Below the pieces are notes generated by a model. It had not been told where the DNA came from. It saw nothing but the letters and a program-made list of their open reading frames with translations, and ran no database searches. A stretch of DNA of 64,000 nucleotides from Octopus sinensis (lineage: Eukaryota). The DNA is taken from assembly GCF_006345805.1 (NCBI RefSeq), contig NC_043000.1, positions 22,072,001 through 22,136,000 on the forward strand. Reading direction: 5' to 3'. A program made the translations under genes and the position numbers. Positions 25,563 to 38,075 of this stretch are shown one piece after another. Position 1 is the stretch's first letter; each line of letters begins with the position of its first letter.

Positions 25563-26867
25563 TGCAGTGTCTTATTGCTTGGGTCATTATAATTTATATT
25601 GTAAACAGTCACCTTCTAGAGGATAGCTGAATACAAGGTTATATTAAAACCAATATGGTGTAATAAATTATTTCAAATATGGGAGCAAGGAGAAGAAGCA
25701 TTCAAAATTGTTCATTCTTTATTCACCAAAGTTCATTATAAATGAATACGTAATTAAAGCCTATCACCAAATAAATAATTGAAGAAAAAAAACAAGCTGC
25801 TTGTAAAATTTTTATTATTTCTCTGTAAGGTTTGAAACAATAGGCTTCATTAGAAAGTTCATGAGGGTAGATGATGTTTTGGATTTATCAGAGACTAAAA
25901 GAAATATGCACATATTTAACAGTGATAATTAAATACGCCCAAATTATGTGAAAATCCAATCATGTTTTAATGTAGATATTTTCTTTAATACTTGAAGCCA
26001 CAATCAAAGAATTCATGCACACTTAAAATACATCCACTTCAAAAACACTTGATCAAAGACAAGAACCAAATATTGCACTCAGATGTGGTCACAAGCACAG
26101 ACACAAACACAAAAATAATAAATACTGCATTAAAGACATGTTTACTTTGGTCTCTGCTGTGTTAATAGACTTAAGTAGGTTACACTTTATCTACCCAATA
26201 AAATGACTATGAAGGCCTAATCTTGTCACATTATATAAAATACTAATTAAATTTTGACATACTTTTATATTTCTGAAAATGCTCTTACTGGTTTAGCTGT
26301 TCCAGTAATACTACCAGTTAAGAGACAGATCAGTTTATAATAGCACTTTTGTTTTATTTATTAACCATCATGTGGCTTTATATAAATATGAAGGGAATCA
26401 GAACTTGAGATAAAAGACAAGAAAGTCACATAGAAAAGGAATCTTATATACATATCACAGTCACAGATTACTTTTGGTCAATAGATTTTGTTCATAGAAT
26501 GAGGAATGTGTGTGTGCTGAGACAGAGATCAATTTTAAAAGTCCATTTTAGCATGACTATTCTGATAGCCTTCCAAAGTTGCCAATCCAGATGATTTGGT
26601 TTATTTTCCTTTCATTGAGAACATCCAAATACTGTGAGGTAGATTTCAAGGATGCGAAAGGATGATAAAAAAAAAAAGATCACCAATGGTTGCTATCTCC
26701 TTGCCACTAGAATATCCGAAATCTCACAGAAGCAGCAAAGCCAGATATGTTTATGGCTGTCTTTTGGGACAGCACCATCCACTTGGTTCTCCAACAGTTG
26801 TGAACATTTTTTTATGTTATCTTTTATTTTCTAAAGATTTATGTTCTGCCTTTCCACGTTTTTGGTC

Positions 26868-27110
26868 TCATAGCCGCTTTAGAAACTTTTTGGCTTTTTT
26901 GGTATTGAGAATTTCTTTCGGTAACCGTTTGACACCTATGAGAACACAAGATGCTGAACCATGATAATTAGCTAAACATTTTGAGCAGTATTGGTGATTA
27001 CAAACATTGTTTGTACAAACCCCTTTGTCGGCAACAGGATGGACTTTGGCTGGGTACTGACATTTTGGACACTTCTGAAGATGCTGATCATTTTGTAAAG
27101 AGGCAGCATG
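26868..27110 (-). CDS. FBXO5: FBXO5/43-like last exon: zinc-binding region (ZBR) and RL tail
   Basis: cttttttcag acceptor; HAASLQNDQHLQKCPKCQYPAK...CTNNVCNHQYCSKCLANYHGSASC...TKKAKKFLKRL*. The IBR-like ZBR and terminal RL motif are diagnostic of Emi1/Emi2/Rca1. Total CDS 963 nt (320 aa). Confidence 0.95.
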   Translation of the reverse strand, partial: HAASLQNDQHLQKCPKCQYPAKVHPVADKGVCTNNVCNHQYCSKCLANYHGSASCVLIGVKRLPKEILNTKKAKKFLKRL

Positions 27111-27301
27111 CTGAAAAAAAGGAAGACACATTGTTCATGTTCCTTGCTATACAAAATATTCAAATGGTGTTTGAATGTGGGAGCATGCCAAGATGTAATA
27201 ATCTTACGATTTATAAATATAAATACATGGCTTTAGTACAGAACTTTCATCAGCTAATTTCTGAATTTAACAAGCAATAAGATTAAAGGGAGAAAACTCA
27301 C

Positions 27302-27376
27302 TTGAAGAAACAATTCAGATTTTGTGACCGTCATTGATTTCTGAATATTGGTTTCACATACGCGGTTGTAGTTTTC
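27302..27376 (-). CDS. FBXO5: FBXO5/43-like coding exon 3
   Basis: tttttcag acceptor; ENYNRVCETNIQKSMTVTKSELFLQ; CAA|GTGAGT donor. 75 bp, phase 0/0. Confidence 0.85.
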
Positions 27377-27789
27377 CTGAAAAATAAAAAACATTTTGCA
27401 TTTAGAATACAAATAAAATGATCAACCCTTTAAAAAAATTGCTTCCTAACCACATGGTTCCTATTTTCAATCGAACCTAGGGCTGGTGCCTTCCACTATA
27501 GTGCCGGGCCAAAGCCCCGAGTGAATTTGGTAGACGAAAGTTGAAGAAAGACCGTCGTATATATGAATACTGTGCACCACCACCATTGCTTGACAACCGG
27601 TGTTGGTTTGTTTACGTCCCCATAACTTAGCTGTCCAGCCAGAGACCGATAGACTAAATAATATTTTTTTAAATGAGGCCTGGAATCGATTCATTCGACT
27701 AAAATATATACCCCAGTATATTGACTGTAACAGGTAAACGGTAAAAGATAACTATCGATGTAGAACATTTGAAAAAATGACAAACTTAC

Positions 27790-27901
27790 CTTATTTTCAA
27801 TTGCAGCTGACCTCCTCGTTGCTTGAAACTGTTTTAACTTTATCTGTGCTTGAGGGATTTTACCACAAACGGCCTGCCACCGTTTACTGACATAATATAT
27901 G
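27790..27901 (-). CDS. FBXO5: FBXO5/43-like coding exon 2
   Basis: ttcctcag acceptor; (S)IYYVSKRWQAVCGKIPQAQIKLKQFQATRRSAAIENK, which completes the F-box; AAG|GTAAGT donor. Confidence 0.9.
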
Positions 27902-28032
27902 CTGAGGAAGATAACGAAAATCGACATTCTATTACCAACATATACCATTTAAATTCATATTTTATGTAGAAAAAATCTGAATAAAATCCCACTGTATTTA
28001 GAAAATATAAAGGTTTAAAGTGGACAGCTTAC

Positions 28033-28565
28033 CTGTGTACATCTTCAGGAGACAGATAGCCTACTAACTCTGTAAGAAATGCAGAAATGTTTCTTTGATC
28101 CAGTCCAGAAACAATATCACAATTTTTTCTACCTATCCTTTTGCCAATAATATTTGAACAATCGATGCTTTTCCCCAATATTGTGATATTTTCAGTATTC
28201 ACACGTTTCTGAGAAACTGCATTCAGAGATCTTCGTAGTTGTTTTTTACCTAGTACATCCTCCTCTTCAGCTTCTTGCCAATCAAGCCGGTTCTGAGGAA
28301 CTTGGTGGTATTCGTGATCAAGGGATACCTCAAATTTCTCAATCGACACTGGTTCTTGACTGAAGCGCTCATTTAAATTCAATGGGGTTATCGTGTTGCA
28401 GGGAGGACTAACGTAACCACTGTCGTCAAAATATTTACTACTAGGTACATCTAGAGGTGTACTAGTCAAGATAGGTTTCTTGAAGTTGGACGAATCGATG
28501 TTCTTTCTGAACCACATTTTCTTGTTGTGATGGTTGAAATATTTATCCGTAATGTCGAGAGTCAT
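28033..28565 (-). CDS. FBXO5: Emi1/Emi2-type F-box protein (FBXO5/FBXO43 co-ortholog), first coding exon
   Basis: tttcag|ATG. Encodes TSTP, the DSGYVS beta-TrCP-type degron and the F-box start (CDIVSGLDQRNISAFLTELVGYLSPEDVH). AG|GTAAG donor, phase 2. Confidence 0.9.
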
Positions 28566-28899
28566 CTGAAAATAAATTACAGAAATATCTACTTTAACAC
28601 ATGGTCGATGTAATATTTGTAATTATTTTCAAAAATCAATAACAGGATCAGAAATAAAAGACTGCTTACAAATATTGGTAAATTCTTAAGCCTATTATTA
28701 AGTGGCGGGGCTAAAAAAAACTATGCAGTGCACGATGTATAAAAACAGCCTTTTATATCTTTCTCAAATTTGCATTATAAACATCGAAACCGTAATGTTC
28801 GGTTTCAGTTGTATAAAAATAATAATTAAATATAAGCTCGAATAAAGTCAACTAAAAAGGGACACTGCTGAACTGAAGAAAAGAAAGTTATCAAATGAA

Positions 28900-28960
28900 G
28901 GAAACGACGTGACGCGAACCTGGAGGGAAAAAATGGCGGTAGATTTCAAAACCCCCAATA
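28900..28960. promoter_or_regulatory. Candidate proximal promoter near FBXO5
   Basis: CpG-containing island in AT-rich DNA: GACGTGACGCG (CRE-like), AAAATGGCGG (YY1-type) and TTTGAAA on minus (CHR-like). Possible minus-strand donor CAG|GTTCG at 28919. Confidence 0.35.
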
Positions 28961-30188
28961 GCTACAGAAAATGCAGAGTTGAATGATTTTGATAGACATT
29001 TTTAATATTATATTAAATGGCATTAAACAGAAATACTAATATCAAATTAGAAATAATCATTCGAGCATTAGTTATTACTTTGAAGTTTAAATTTCAAGTG
29101 ACATGAAGTTGATCGAGATACCTCGGAATCAACATGATAAAATCTAGTTGGATTTTTTTCTTTTAAATCAACAAGATATTGTTTTCTAGACAAAATAAAA
29201 GAGAATGAAGTAAATTAAACTGATCTTTAGAATATATTGCTGGTTACTTAATTATAACCCAAAGGATGAAAACCAAAGCTGAATCGGCGGGATTTTTATT
29301 TGGAATGTTGCTTGATAACATCAACTATTCGTTTTATTAATAATGCCTTCATCATTAGGTAATTAAATACTTAGCTAATGATTTGAATTGTTTAATTCTT
29401 TAAAAATGTATAGAATAAACTATGTATCCACTTCGAATTAAAATCGAATTTTTTTTTTTATAATCAGAAAACAGCTGAACTAAGTATTATAATTAATGCT
29501 ATATGTACGTGTGTGTATGCATGTATGTATATATATATATATGCATGTATATATATATATATATATGCATGTATGTGTATATATATATATACATATGTAT
29601 ACACTTGTATGTAGAGTGGATATTTCCTTAGTCAAGTATTTTAATGAGTTCTTTGCATAGAATATTTAATTTAAAAATTCCAAAATGCGCCTTGCAAACA
29701 ATCAGGCGGGAACGTTCAAACTATTAAACATTTCTAATTGAAGTAAACTTCAAATAAATTGTTGACAGCATCTTAATACGATATATTAGTTTCTCAAATT
29801 TAATCCATCTTTCGACAAACTTTACATCACAGCTTCATCATTCCATTTTATCTGGTAGTGTCTAAATACAACAAGGCTAATTTAACTAGCGACATATATA
29901 GAAGTAAACAGTATGCTATTGGGATGATATAAAAAGAGACCAATAAGTAAATCGAATGGATATCTGTTAAAATAATTCGATTTTTAATTAGAGGGAAATA
30001 TTTTAGGGTTTTGTAGGAAATTGAGTAATGGAGAGAAGAGGGGGGTGCACAACGTTTATTGGAAACGAAAAAAATGATTTAGCATGTTTTATCTTTGCAA
30101 TAAAATAAACACATGTTTTTTGTAATAATGAAACAGAATTCCAATTATTGCTATTATTAAAACGAAAATATAAAATATAAATACTTAC

Positions 30189-30509
30189 TTTTTGTCGATT
30201 TTTAACAAACAAGTCGGCGAGTACTGTCAATAGATTTGCGCCAAAAAAATTTTTTAGTTTAGGTATTTGAAATAGGATTGAGAAAAAGTAAAGTTCAAAT
30301 ATAGAAACAAGATGATCCAGTAAACAAATTCAATTACTTCTTTTGCCTCAAAACTCAAAGATTTTCAAGATTTCACTTATGAACGGTACTTTAATTTTAC
30401 ATGTGTAGATAGCGTTTATGATGAACGATTTTTATTTTCAAATTTGTCGACTTTTCACAACTGACCAATCAGATTACTTTCCATGCCAGACAACTGACCA
30501 ATCAGATTA
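30189..30509 (-). promoter_or_regulatory. Candidate distal FBXO5 promoter and non-coding first exon
   Basis: Minus-strand AAA|GTAAGTA donor (exon end 30189), E2F-like TTTTGGCGCAAA at 30235-30246, and a duplicated CAACTGACCAATCAGATTA with CCAAT cores at 30465 and 30498 (33 bp apart). Confidence 0.5.
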
Positions 30510-32048
30510 TTTCCTAGCGATTCGGCTTTCGTTAAACTCCGATACAACAAAACATTTCATCAGTTGCTTTTTGTTTCTCCTTTTAATTTTTGTCATTTAA
30601 AAATGTACATAAGTGAAATATTTTGTTCCTATCTTGTAAAAAAGTAAAATAATCCCTAATTCGTAAAAAAAAATACCTAATAAACAAGTAGTATTAGTTT
30701 TTGTTGTTTAAATTTCCAACCAATGAAACAGAGGTTTCAGATTAGGCGGCTAAATATGTTTTGATAACAAGATATTTTTCCCGAATTTTATTTTTATTTT
30801 TATTTGTTCTTCAGAAAACGTAAAATCTACTTATATTATTTATTGTATAAATAAATACAGTATCAATATTTCTTTTTAACTAAATATTTTCACAACTGTC
30901 TCGTATGACTTTGGCACAGACTACGGATATATGCAAATGTTGGTGTAATCGATAAAAAGGCCCTTATTTGTAGAGCGATAACTTTTTCTATGAATCTACC
31001 TCGGTGGAATAAAAACCAAGTCGACTCTCCAGTGAAATTTTAACTTCGAACGTAAATAAATGTCGCATTTAATGTACTTTATTAATTCTGTCACCCTCCG
31101 TTTATTAAATGTTTCATTAATAAACTTTTTAAACTTCTAGAGCATAATGGAAAATATACAGAGTGGCGGGACAAGTTTCAAGTATTTACGTTCTGAATTC
31201 CAATAATAACAGGATTAATTTTGTTTCATTCGTCCAGAGTAGATAAAAGGAGTACCACATAAATACCGTGCCTTTCCTCCTAATCTCTGGCTTTATTTCA
31301 ATGTTAGAAATAATATTTTTTCTTGATGACCCGTGGATCGATTGAGTTGTTAGAGTGTCGCAAAAACTGCCTCGCATTATTTGTTCTAGCTCTTTACGTT
31401 CTTCGTTCAGATCCCGCCGGTCTGCTTTGCCTTTCGTACTTCTGAGGGTCAATAAAATAAGTATTTGTTGAATACTGGGGTTGATATAATCGACTAACCT
31501 CCAAATGGGATGCTTTGTGCTTATGTAAGAAGAATTTTGGTGACGTGGCATAATTAACAGTTGAATTTGCAACGTAAATTTTCTTTTTCATTCTCCTTGG
31601 GGTGATAGAATTTATAGGAACTATATGCTAAGATTAATATGATGGATTACGTGCTCGACCGTACAAGTGTGTAGTTTAGGATCTTGTAAGAATTCCTTAC
31701 TTAACGGATGTATTTTATATCTCGCCTCGGAAAGAACTTTCTTTCACAATTACATGCATCCAAGTTTCATCCCACCACATGACACCTTAGGAGAAATGTC
31801 TACTACTGAAGCATTGTGAATGGAACTGGGTAGACAGAAGCTGGGTGGAAGATTATCAAACTATATATATTCTTGACTTACACTAACAGCCAGCTTAACA
31901 TCATTACTTGGGTACCTTTAGCAGAGACCACTTTCTTGTAAGCATTTGAGTCAGGTCTAAAAAATATTTTCTAACCACCGGTCTTGGAGGCCTGAAAAAT
32001 AGTCAGGGGTACTGTTCTGTCTCCTCTGACTTAGCCATTTAAAAATGT

Positions 32049-32082
<34 letters not shown>

Positions 32083-32489
32083 GTTTAACGTCCGCTTTCC
32101 ATGCTAGCATGGGTTGGACGATTTTGACTGACGGCTGGCGAACCAGACGGCCGCACCAGGCTCCAATCTTGATCTGGCAGAGTTTCTACAGCTGGATGCC
32201 CTTCCTAACGCAACCACTCTGTAGTGTGCTTTTTATGTGCCACCAGCACGGGAGCCAGTCAGGCAGTACTGGCAATGACCTCGCTCGAATCTTTTTACAC
32301 ATACCACCGGCACGGGTGCCAGTAGAGTATTAGAAGGTGGTTGGGCATTGATCTGTTTATTGTTCTAAGAATAGAGGTATTGAGGTGGAAGAAAAGAGTA
32401 TCTGTGTCCTTTAAAAGTATTTTAAAGGATTTAGTTTCAGTCTTTTGTACTCTGCATTCAAATCCTGAAATGTGTGAGTACAATAAGCA

Positions 32490-33390
32490 CTAAAAATGTG
32501 CAGACAATACTTCCTCAAATGCTCAGGGGGATCATTAGAAGTAGTGGATAGTTTCTGTTACCTAGGCGACCAAGTTAGCAGTGGAAGAGGAAGTTCTGAA
32601 TGTGTAATTGTTAGAATAAGGATGGACTGGTTGAAGTCCAGAGAGCTTCTGCCTTTCATCGTAACTAAGGGCCTCTCTCTCAGAGTGAAAGGCAGATTAT
32701 ATAATGCTTGTATATGGACAGTAATGCTCATGGCAGTGAAACATGGACCTTTGACTACAGAGGACTTGTGAAAGCTTGAAAGAAATGAAGTTATCATACC
32801 CCACTGGATGGGTAATGTCAGTGTATACCCATGATAGAATGTAAGTAATGTAAGAGGAAAACTGGGTCTAAGAGGCATCAGATGTTGTGTACAGGAGAGA
32901 TGACTGTGCTGGTTTGGTCACATGATGCATATGGATGAGGACAGCTGCATAAAGAAGTGCCAAGCTCTAACTGTGGAGGAAACCCGTGGAAGTGGTTGAC
33001 CCAGGAAGACGTGAGACGAAGTGGTGATAAAGGATCTTCAGATACTGGACCTCACTGAGGAAATGACAACAGACTGGGAGTTGTGGTGATTTGCTGTAAT
33101 GGAAAAGACACATCAAGCTAAGTAAAATTGCAGTCATCCATATATACAGGCTTGTCTTTTACAAGTGCTGGTGCCATGTCAAATGCACTCATGCTGTTGC
33201 TGTGTAAATGCACTTGTGCCTGTGATACATGAAAAACACACTATAAAGAGGTTGGCATTAGGAAGGGCATCCAGCTGCAGAAACCGTTCCACAACAGACA
33301 TTTTTGAGTCTGGACAGCTCCCTGGCTGAGCAGCTCCTGTCAAACCATCCAGCCAATGCCAGCGAAGAAAATGGACGTTAAAGGATGATT
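32490..33390 (+). mobile_element. Degenerate RTE 3' portion
   Basis: LEVVDSFCYLGDQVSSG...GLSLRVKGRLYNAC, followed by the family 3' UTR. Confidence 0.8.
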
Positions 33391-34685
33391 ATTTTTATCA
33401 CTCATTCAATACCAAGTACCAGATTCGAATGATGATTATCTCCCTTACAATTTTTAATTTTGTAACCAAATGTAAAATCATTACTGGAAGAATTCAGTTA
33501 GCTTTCTTATTTGCAGTCATCAGACCAAATTTTTTTCTCATCAGTAAATTCAAGAATACAGTTCTTTAGAGTATTTCAAACCTGCGTTTTTTTCATAATG
33601 TCTTCAAATTCTTTTGCAATATTTCAACAAACAGTGTCATCCACAGATTTTAGCTTTTAGTTGGTTATCAACATAAAAAGATTTCACAAACTTCCTATTA
33701 ATTACTGACCAATAGGATAAAGGTAAAGAGTAAAGACCCTCTTTGGTCATGAATGACCATGGTATTGCTCCTAGAAAGTTCCTCTCTGAGTTACAAGTCC
33801 AGGCAAGGTGTTTATGGAAGACCAGCAGTTGCCCATGCATACCAGCCTCCTCTCTCCATGCCACTGATGTTGTCCAAGGGAAAGGCAAAGGAGCCAATAC
33901 AGCTTGGCACCAGTGACGTTGCAACTCATTCTTACAGCTGAGTGAACTGGAGCAATGTGAAATAAAGTATCTTGCTCAAGAACACAACACACAGCCTGGT
34001 CTGGGAATCAAACTCACTCCCTCATCATTGTGAGCCAACGTTCTAGCCACTGAGCCATGCGCCTTTACTTCTGACAAATCCACTTACCCAAATACCTTAT
34101 TCTCACACTGTTCTGGATGAGTTATATCAGGTTGATGTTTAACTCCTGAGTCTAGCCCTTCTCCATGCCATATTTTGCAAAAAGGGCCTTGTATTTTAGT
34201 TGTGCCTCTGCTATGGCTGCTCTCCATCTCTTCCCCATCCTCAAAGTGACCTTTCACAGCTGCTTTGGTGTCCTTTAATTTATGAATTACTTTGAATTCT
34301 TCCCTGATAGTGCTAAATGGAAGTCTGAGCTTACTACTTTACCTGTACAGCCCAATGTTACTCAACAGAATTGTTAGAGTATCATACAGGATGCCTTGTG
34401 GTACATGTTTCAATTCTCTTCTTTCTGATGGTAACACCTATAATGACACTGTTGCCTTTCTTCTACAAAGGTTTCTACCTTGGAGAGGGACTTTCTAGAT
34501 GCTGAGAGGTGACGATGAATGACTCCTTTAATATATCTCATGGTCGATTACAATAAATACGAAAAAGGATAAATCAGTATGAGTGCCAGAGGGAAAAGAG
34601 AGAGAGAGTCTGCTCTTGATAGCCCCCCACCACCACCACCAGTCATTTTGTGGAAGACAAAAGAGACAATAAAGGATGACGTATC

Positions 34686-34955
34686 TGTAGCGACGAGGTG
34701 AAATCAGAAAGAGTGGTTGGTCATTAAAGTGAAAGGAAGCTGGCACTGGGTCACCAATTTGTAGACGTCTGTGTAAACATAGGGCTGGCTATGTGTTCGA
34801 AATCACATCGGGCTGTCACCATTTGTAGAACAACTGTGCAAAGGAGAGGTGACGATGAATGGCTCCTTTAATACATCGCACGGTCGATTACAATAAATAC
34901 ATAAAAGGATAAATGAGTATGAGTGCCAGAGGGAAAAGAGAGAGAGTCCGCTACA
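34686..34955 (+). mobile_element. Probable solo LTR (270 bp)
   Basis: TGTAGCG...CGCTACA termini, internal AATAAA, 5-bp near-TSD GTATC/GTCTC; a partial second copy lies at 34501-34615. Confidence 0.55.
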
Positions 34956-35159
34956 GTCTCACAAAATACAGAGACTCCCAGACAAAACTTTTAACCGTTA
35001 TCATATTTCTACATGGTGTATTGGGTTGTTAGATAATTTTTTTCATTTAATTCAATCCTTTCCAAAGTTATTTGAATTAAAACATTTCTATCATATGGTT
35101 TATGATTTTTTTTTTTCTGTAGCTCTATTCTTCCTCTGCAACATTTGTTTATTATTTTT

Positions 35160-37260
35160 CAAATTTGAAGTTGACAGGGCCATAAAAGAAAAGAGACGGG
35201 TTTGAAAAGAGTGGAAAAGCAGGGGTAGCAGAGAACCATATTAGGTAGCTAAAAGGGAAGTTAGGTGTCAGGTTTATCTAGTTAGAGCAGAAGCAGAAAG
35301 GAAGAAATTTGCCAATGTTTTACAGCATGAAGATCAGAGGCTTGAAGTGTCAGAGAGAGTCAAGATGTGGAGAGAAGTGTGTACCGATGAATAATGGTGT
35401 AGTTGCACTTAGCAAGTCTGAAAAGAAGGAGGCATGGAAGAGCTTCTATGAAAGGCTGTTAAAAGTGGAGAATAAATGGGAGAAAGGGAGTCTTCCCTAT
35501 GCGAACCCAACAGAGGGATCAGCTATTCTAGTTGACAGCAGTATGATACATGAAGACAGGGAAAATTACTGGTCTATCAGGAATCACTGCTGAGATGCTT
35601 AAAATATCTAGTAGAGTAAGATATGGTCTAGTCGCCTGAATAGAGTTAATCAGGTTATCCAGGAAGGTATAATCTACAGTGGCTGATGTGGCAGAATCAT
35701 AGTCAGCTGCTACAATGGTAAGGGAGATGTCTTAGATTGAAATAATTATATAGGCACCAAAATGCTGGAGTTATGGAGAGAGTTATAGCCCAGTTAATTA
35801 GGAACAGAATTAGACTAGATAAAATGCAGTTTGACTTTTTGATGGGGAGAAGCATGCTATTTTCTTAGTCTAGCAATTGTAAGAGAAGTATTTAGCTAAG
35901 ATTAAGCTGTTTTATATGGCATTTGTTGATCTAGAGAAAGCCTGTGGCAGAGTGCCTTGCTGTGTGATGTGGTGGTTTCTGAGGAAGCTAGCAGTAGGTA
36001 ACTGGCTTGTGAAAGCCATACAGGCCATATGTTGTTAGTAAGGTAAGCATTAGCCATGAGCACAATGACAAATTTAGTGTACAGCTAGGTATTCACAAGA
36101 CTAGGTCCCATAGTAAGTACCCATGGGAACTACTGTATGCTGATGATCTTGCTCTCAAAGCAGAATCTGTAACAGAACTAGAAAAGAAATTCCAGCAGTT
36201 AAATAAAATCTGGAATCAAAGGGCCTTAAAGTTAACTTAGCATAAGCCAAGGTTCTAGTAAGCATGAAATCAGACAGTACCCCACCCACTTCAGGTAAAT
36301 GGCCTTGTTTGATACAGAGGAAAGGTGGAGGCAGGAATTCCATTTGGTGTACCCTGTGCAAGCTATGGGTACACAAGAGGTGCAGTGGAATAATAAGAAA
36401 AGTGAACAAAATAGCGTTTATATATGAAAGATGTTCAGGAGCCATAAAGTCTACAGATACATGACAAACTGATTCCCTTAAATACCCTGGAGGCTCTCTA
36501 GAAGTAGTGGATAATTTCAGTTACTTAAGGGATCTAATTAGTAGTGGAGGAGGATGTACTGAAAGTGTAATTGTTAGAAAAAGAATACAATGGAGAAAGT
36601 TCAGAGAGCTTTTGTCTGATGGCAATCAAGGGTTTCTCTCCAAGTGAAAGGAAGATTATATCATGTATGTGTATGAACAGCAATGCTACATGGTAGTTAG
36701 ACATGGGTCTTGAATGCAGAGGACAAGTGAAGACTAGAGAGAAATGAAGCTGGTATGCTCCATTGTATATGCAATATCTGTGTACATGTTGTTGTTTGTT
36801 CCTTCTTGAGCCACGCCTGGCTCATAAGGGCCGGTTTCCTTGGCATATATTCCGATTCCCCAACTGGATAAGATGCCAGTCCATCACAGGTGAGCTGCAA
36901 GATGCAGGAGGAAAGAGTGAGAGAAAGTTGTGGCGAAAGAATCAGCAGAAGTTCGCCATTATCTTCTGCCAGAGCCGTGTGGAGCTTAGGTGTTTCGCTC
37001 ATAAACACACACATCGCCCGGTTTGAGATTCGAACCTGCGATCCCTTGACTACGAGTCCACTGCTCTAACCATTAGGCTATGTACCTCCACAATATCTGT
37101 GTACATGTGTGATGAATGCTAATGTACTGAGAGAAAAGTTAGGCATAAGAGGCATTAGATGCAGTGTGCAAGAGTTGATTCAGTCATATGATGCATATGG
37201 ATGTGGACAGTTGCATAAAGAAGTGCTGATCATTGACAGTGGATGGAACTTGTGGAATAG
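35160..37260 (+). mobile_element. Degenerate RTE (RT region) interrupted by a SINE
   Basis: Many stops and frameshifts; KKEAWKSFYERLLKVENKW and GGGRNSIWCTLCKLWVHKRCS are still recognisable. Confidence 0.8.
36790..37090 (-). mobile_element. tRNA-derived SINE related to the 9.9-kb copy, nested in RTE
   Basis: tRNA-like head, (CAA)n-like tail, perfect 18-bp TSD CAATATCTGTGTACATGT (36772-36789 and 37091-37108). Confidence 0.88.
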
Positions 37261-37561
37261 GGCATTTATTTGGTGGTGGTCACAGCAGTTATGAATTTTT
37301 GTTCTTTCAGGTTTGTTCATTCACAGATGCACTTGTGGCGCCAGTTCTTTTTCATTTGGTCTTATTTGGTAGTGGTCACGGTACTTTTCAGATATCTCAC
37401 TCCCATTAAAAAATTGTTATCTCCCCACTAAAAAGTTGAGTTTATGTGGCAACAAGAGATTGAATTAAAAGTGTTAGATCCTTTTGATTCAATACTTCAA
37501 TACATTATTGATGTTTCGCCGCCTCAATAGGCAGGGTATGATTTGTTATAGAAACATTATT

Positions 37562-37733
37562 AGGCATAGGAGTGACTGTGTGGTAAGTAGCTTGCTTATA
37601 AACCACATGGTTCCAGGTTCAGTTCCATTGTGTGGTACCTTGGGCAAGTGTCTTCTACTATAGCCTCGGGCCGACCAAAGCCTTATGAGTGGATTTGGTA
37701 GACAGAAACCAAAAGAAGCCCATCGTATATATG

Positions 37734-37772
<39 letters not shown>

Positions 37773-38010
37773 CTATGTATGTATGTGTGTGTATATGTTT
37801 GTGTGTCTGTGTTTGTCCCCACACCACCGCTTGACAACCGATGCTGGTGTGTTTATTGTGTTTATGTCCCCGTAACTTAGTAGTTCAGCAAAAGAGACCG
37901 ATAGAATAAGTACTAGGCTTACAAAGAATAAGTCCTGGGGTCGATTTGCTCGACTGAATAGGCGGTGGTCCAGCATGGCCACAGTCAAATGACTGAAACA
38001 AGTAAAAGAG
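37562..38010 (+). mobile_element. SINE-like element with internal (TA)n/(TG)n tract (fourth family)
   Basis: Shared body CCTTGGGCAAGTGTCTTCTACTATAGCC...GATAGAATAAGTACTAGGC...CAAATGACTGAAACAAG; a second full copy lies at about 58470-58840. Confidence 0.75.
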
Positions 38011-38075
38011 AGATTCAGCAAGATGTTTATTTTTTTCCGTTTTCATGTTTATTAATTTTTTTCAGTTTTGTATTA

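Noticed and set aside
28933-28985. Plus-strand AAAATGGCG as start of a divergent gene
   Set aside because: The frame stops after 17 codons and no downstream plus-strand coding exons were found; kept only as a promoter motif.
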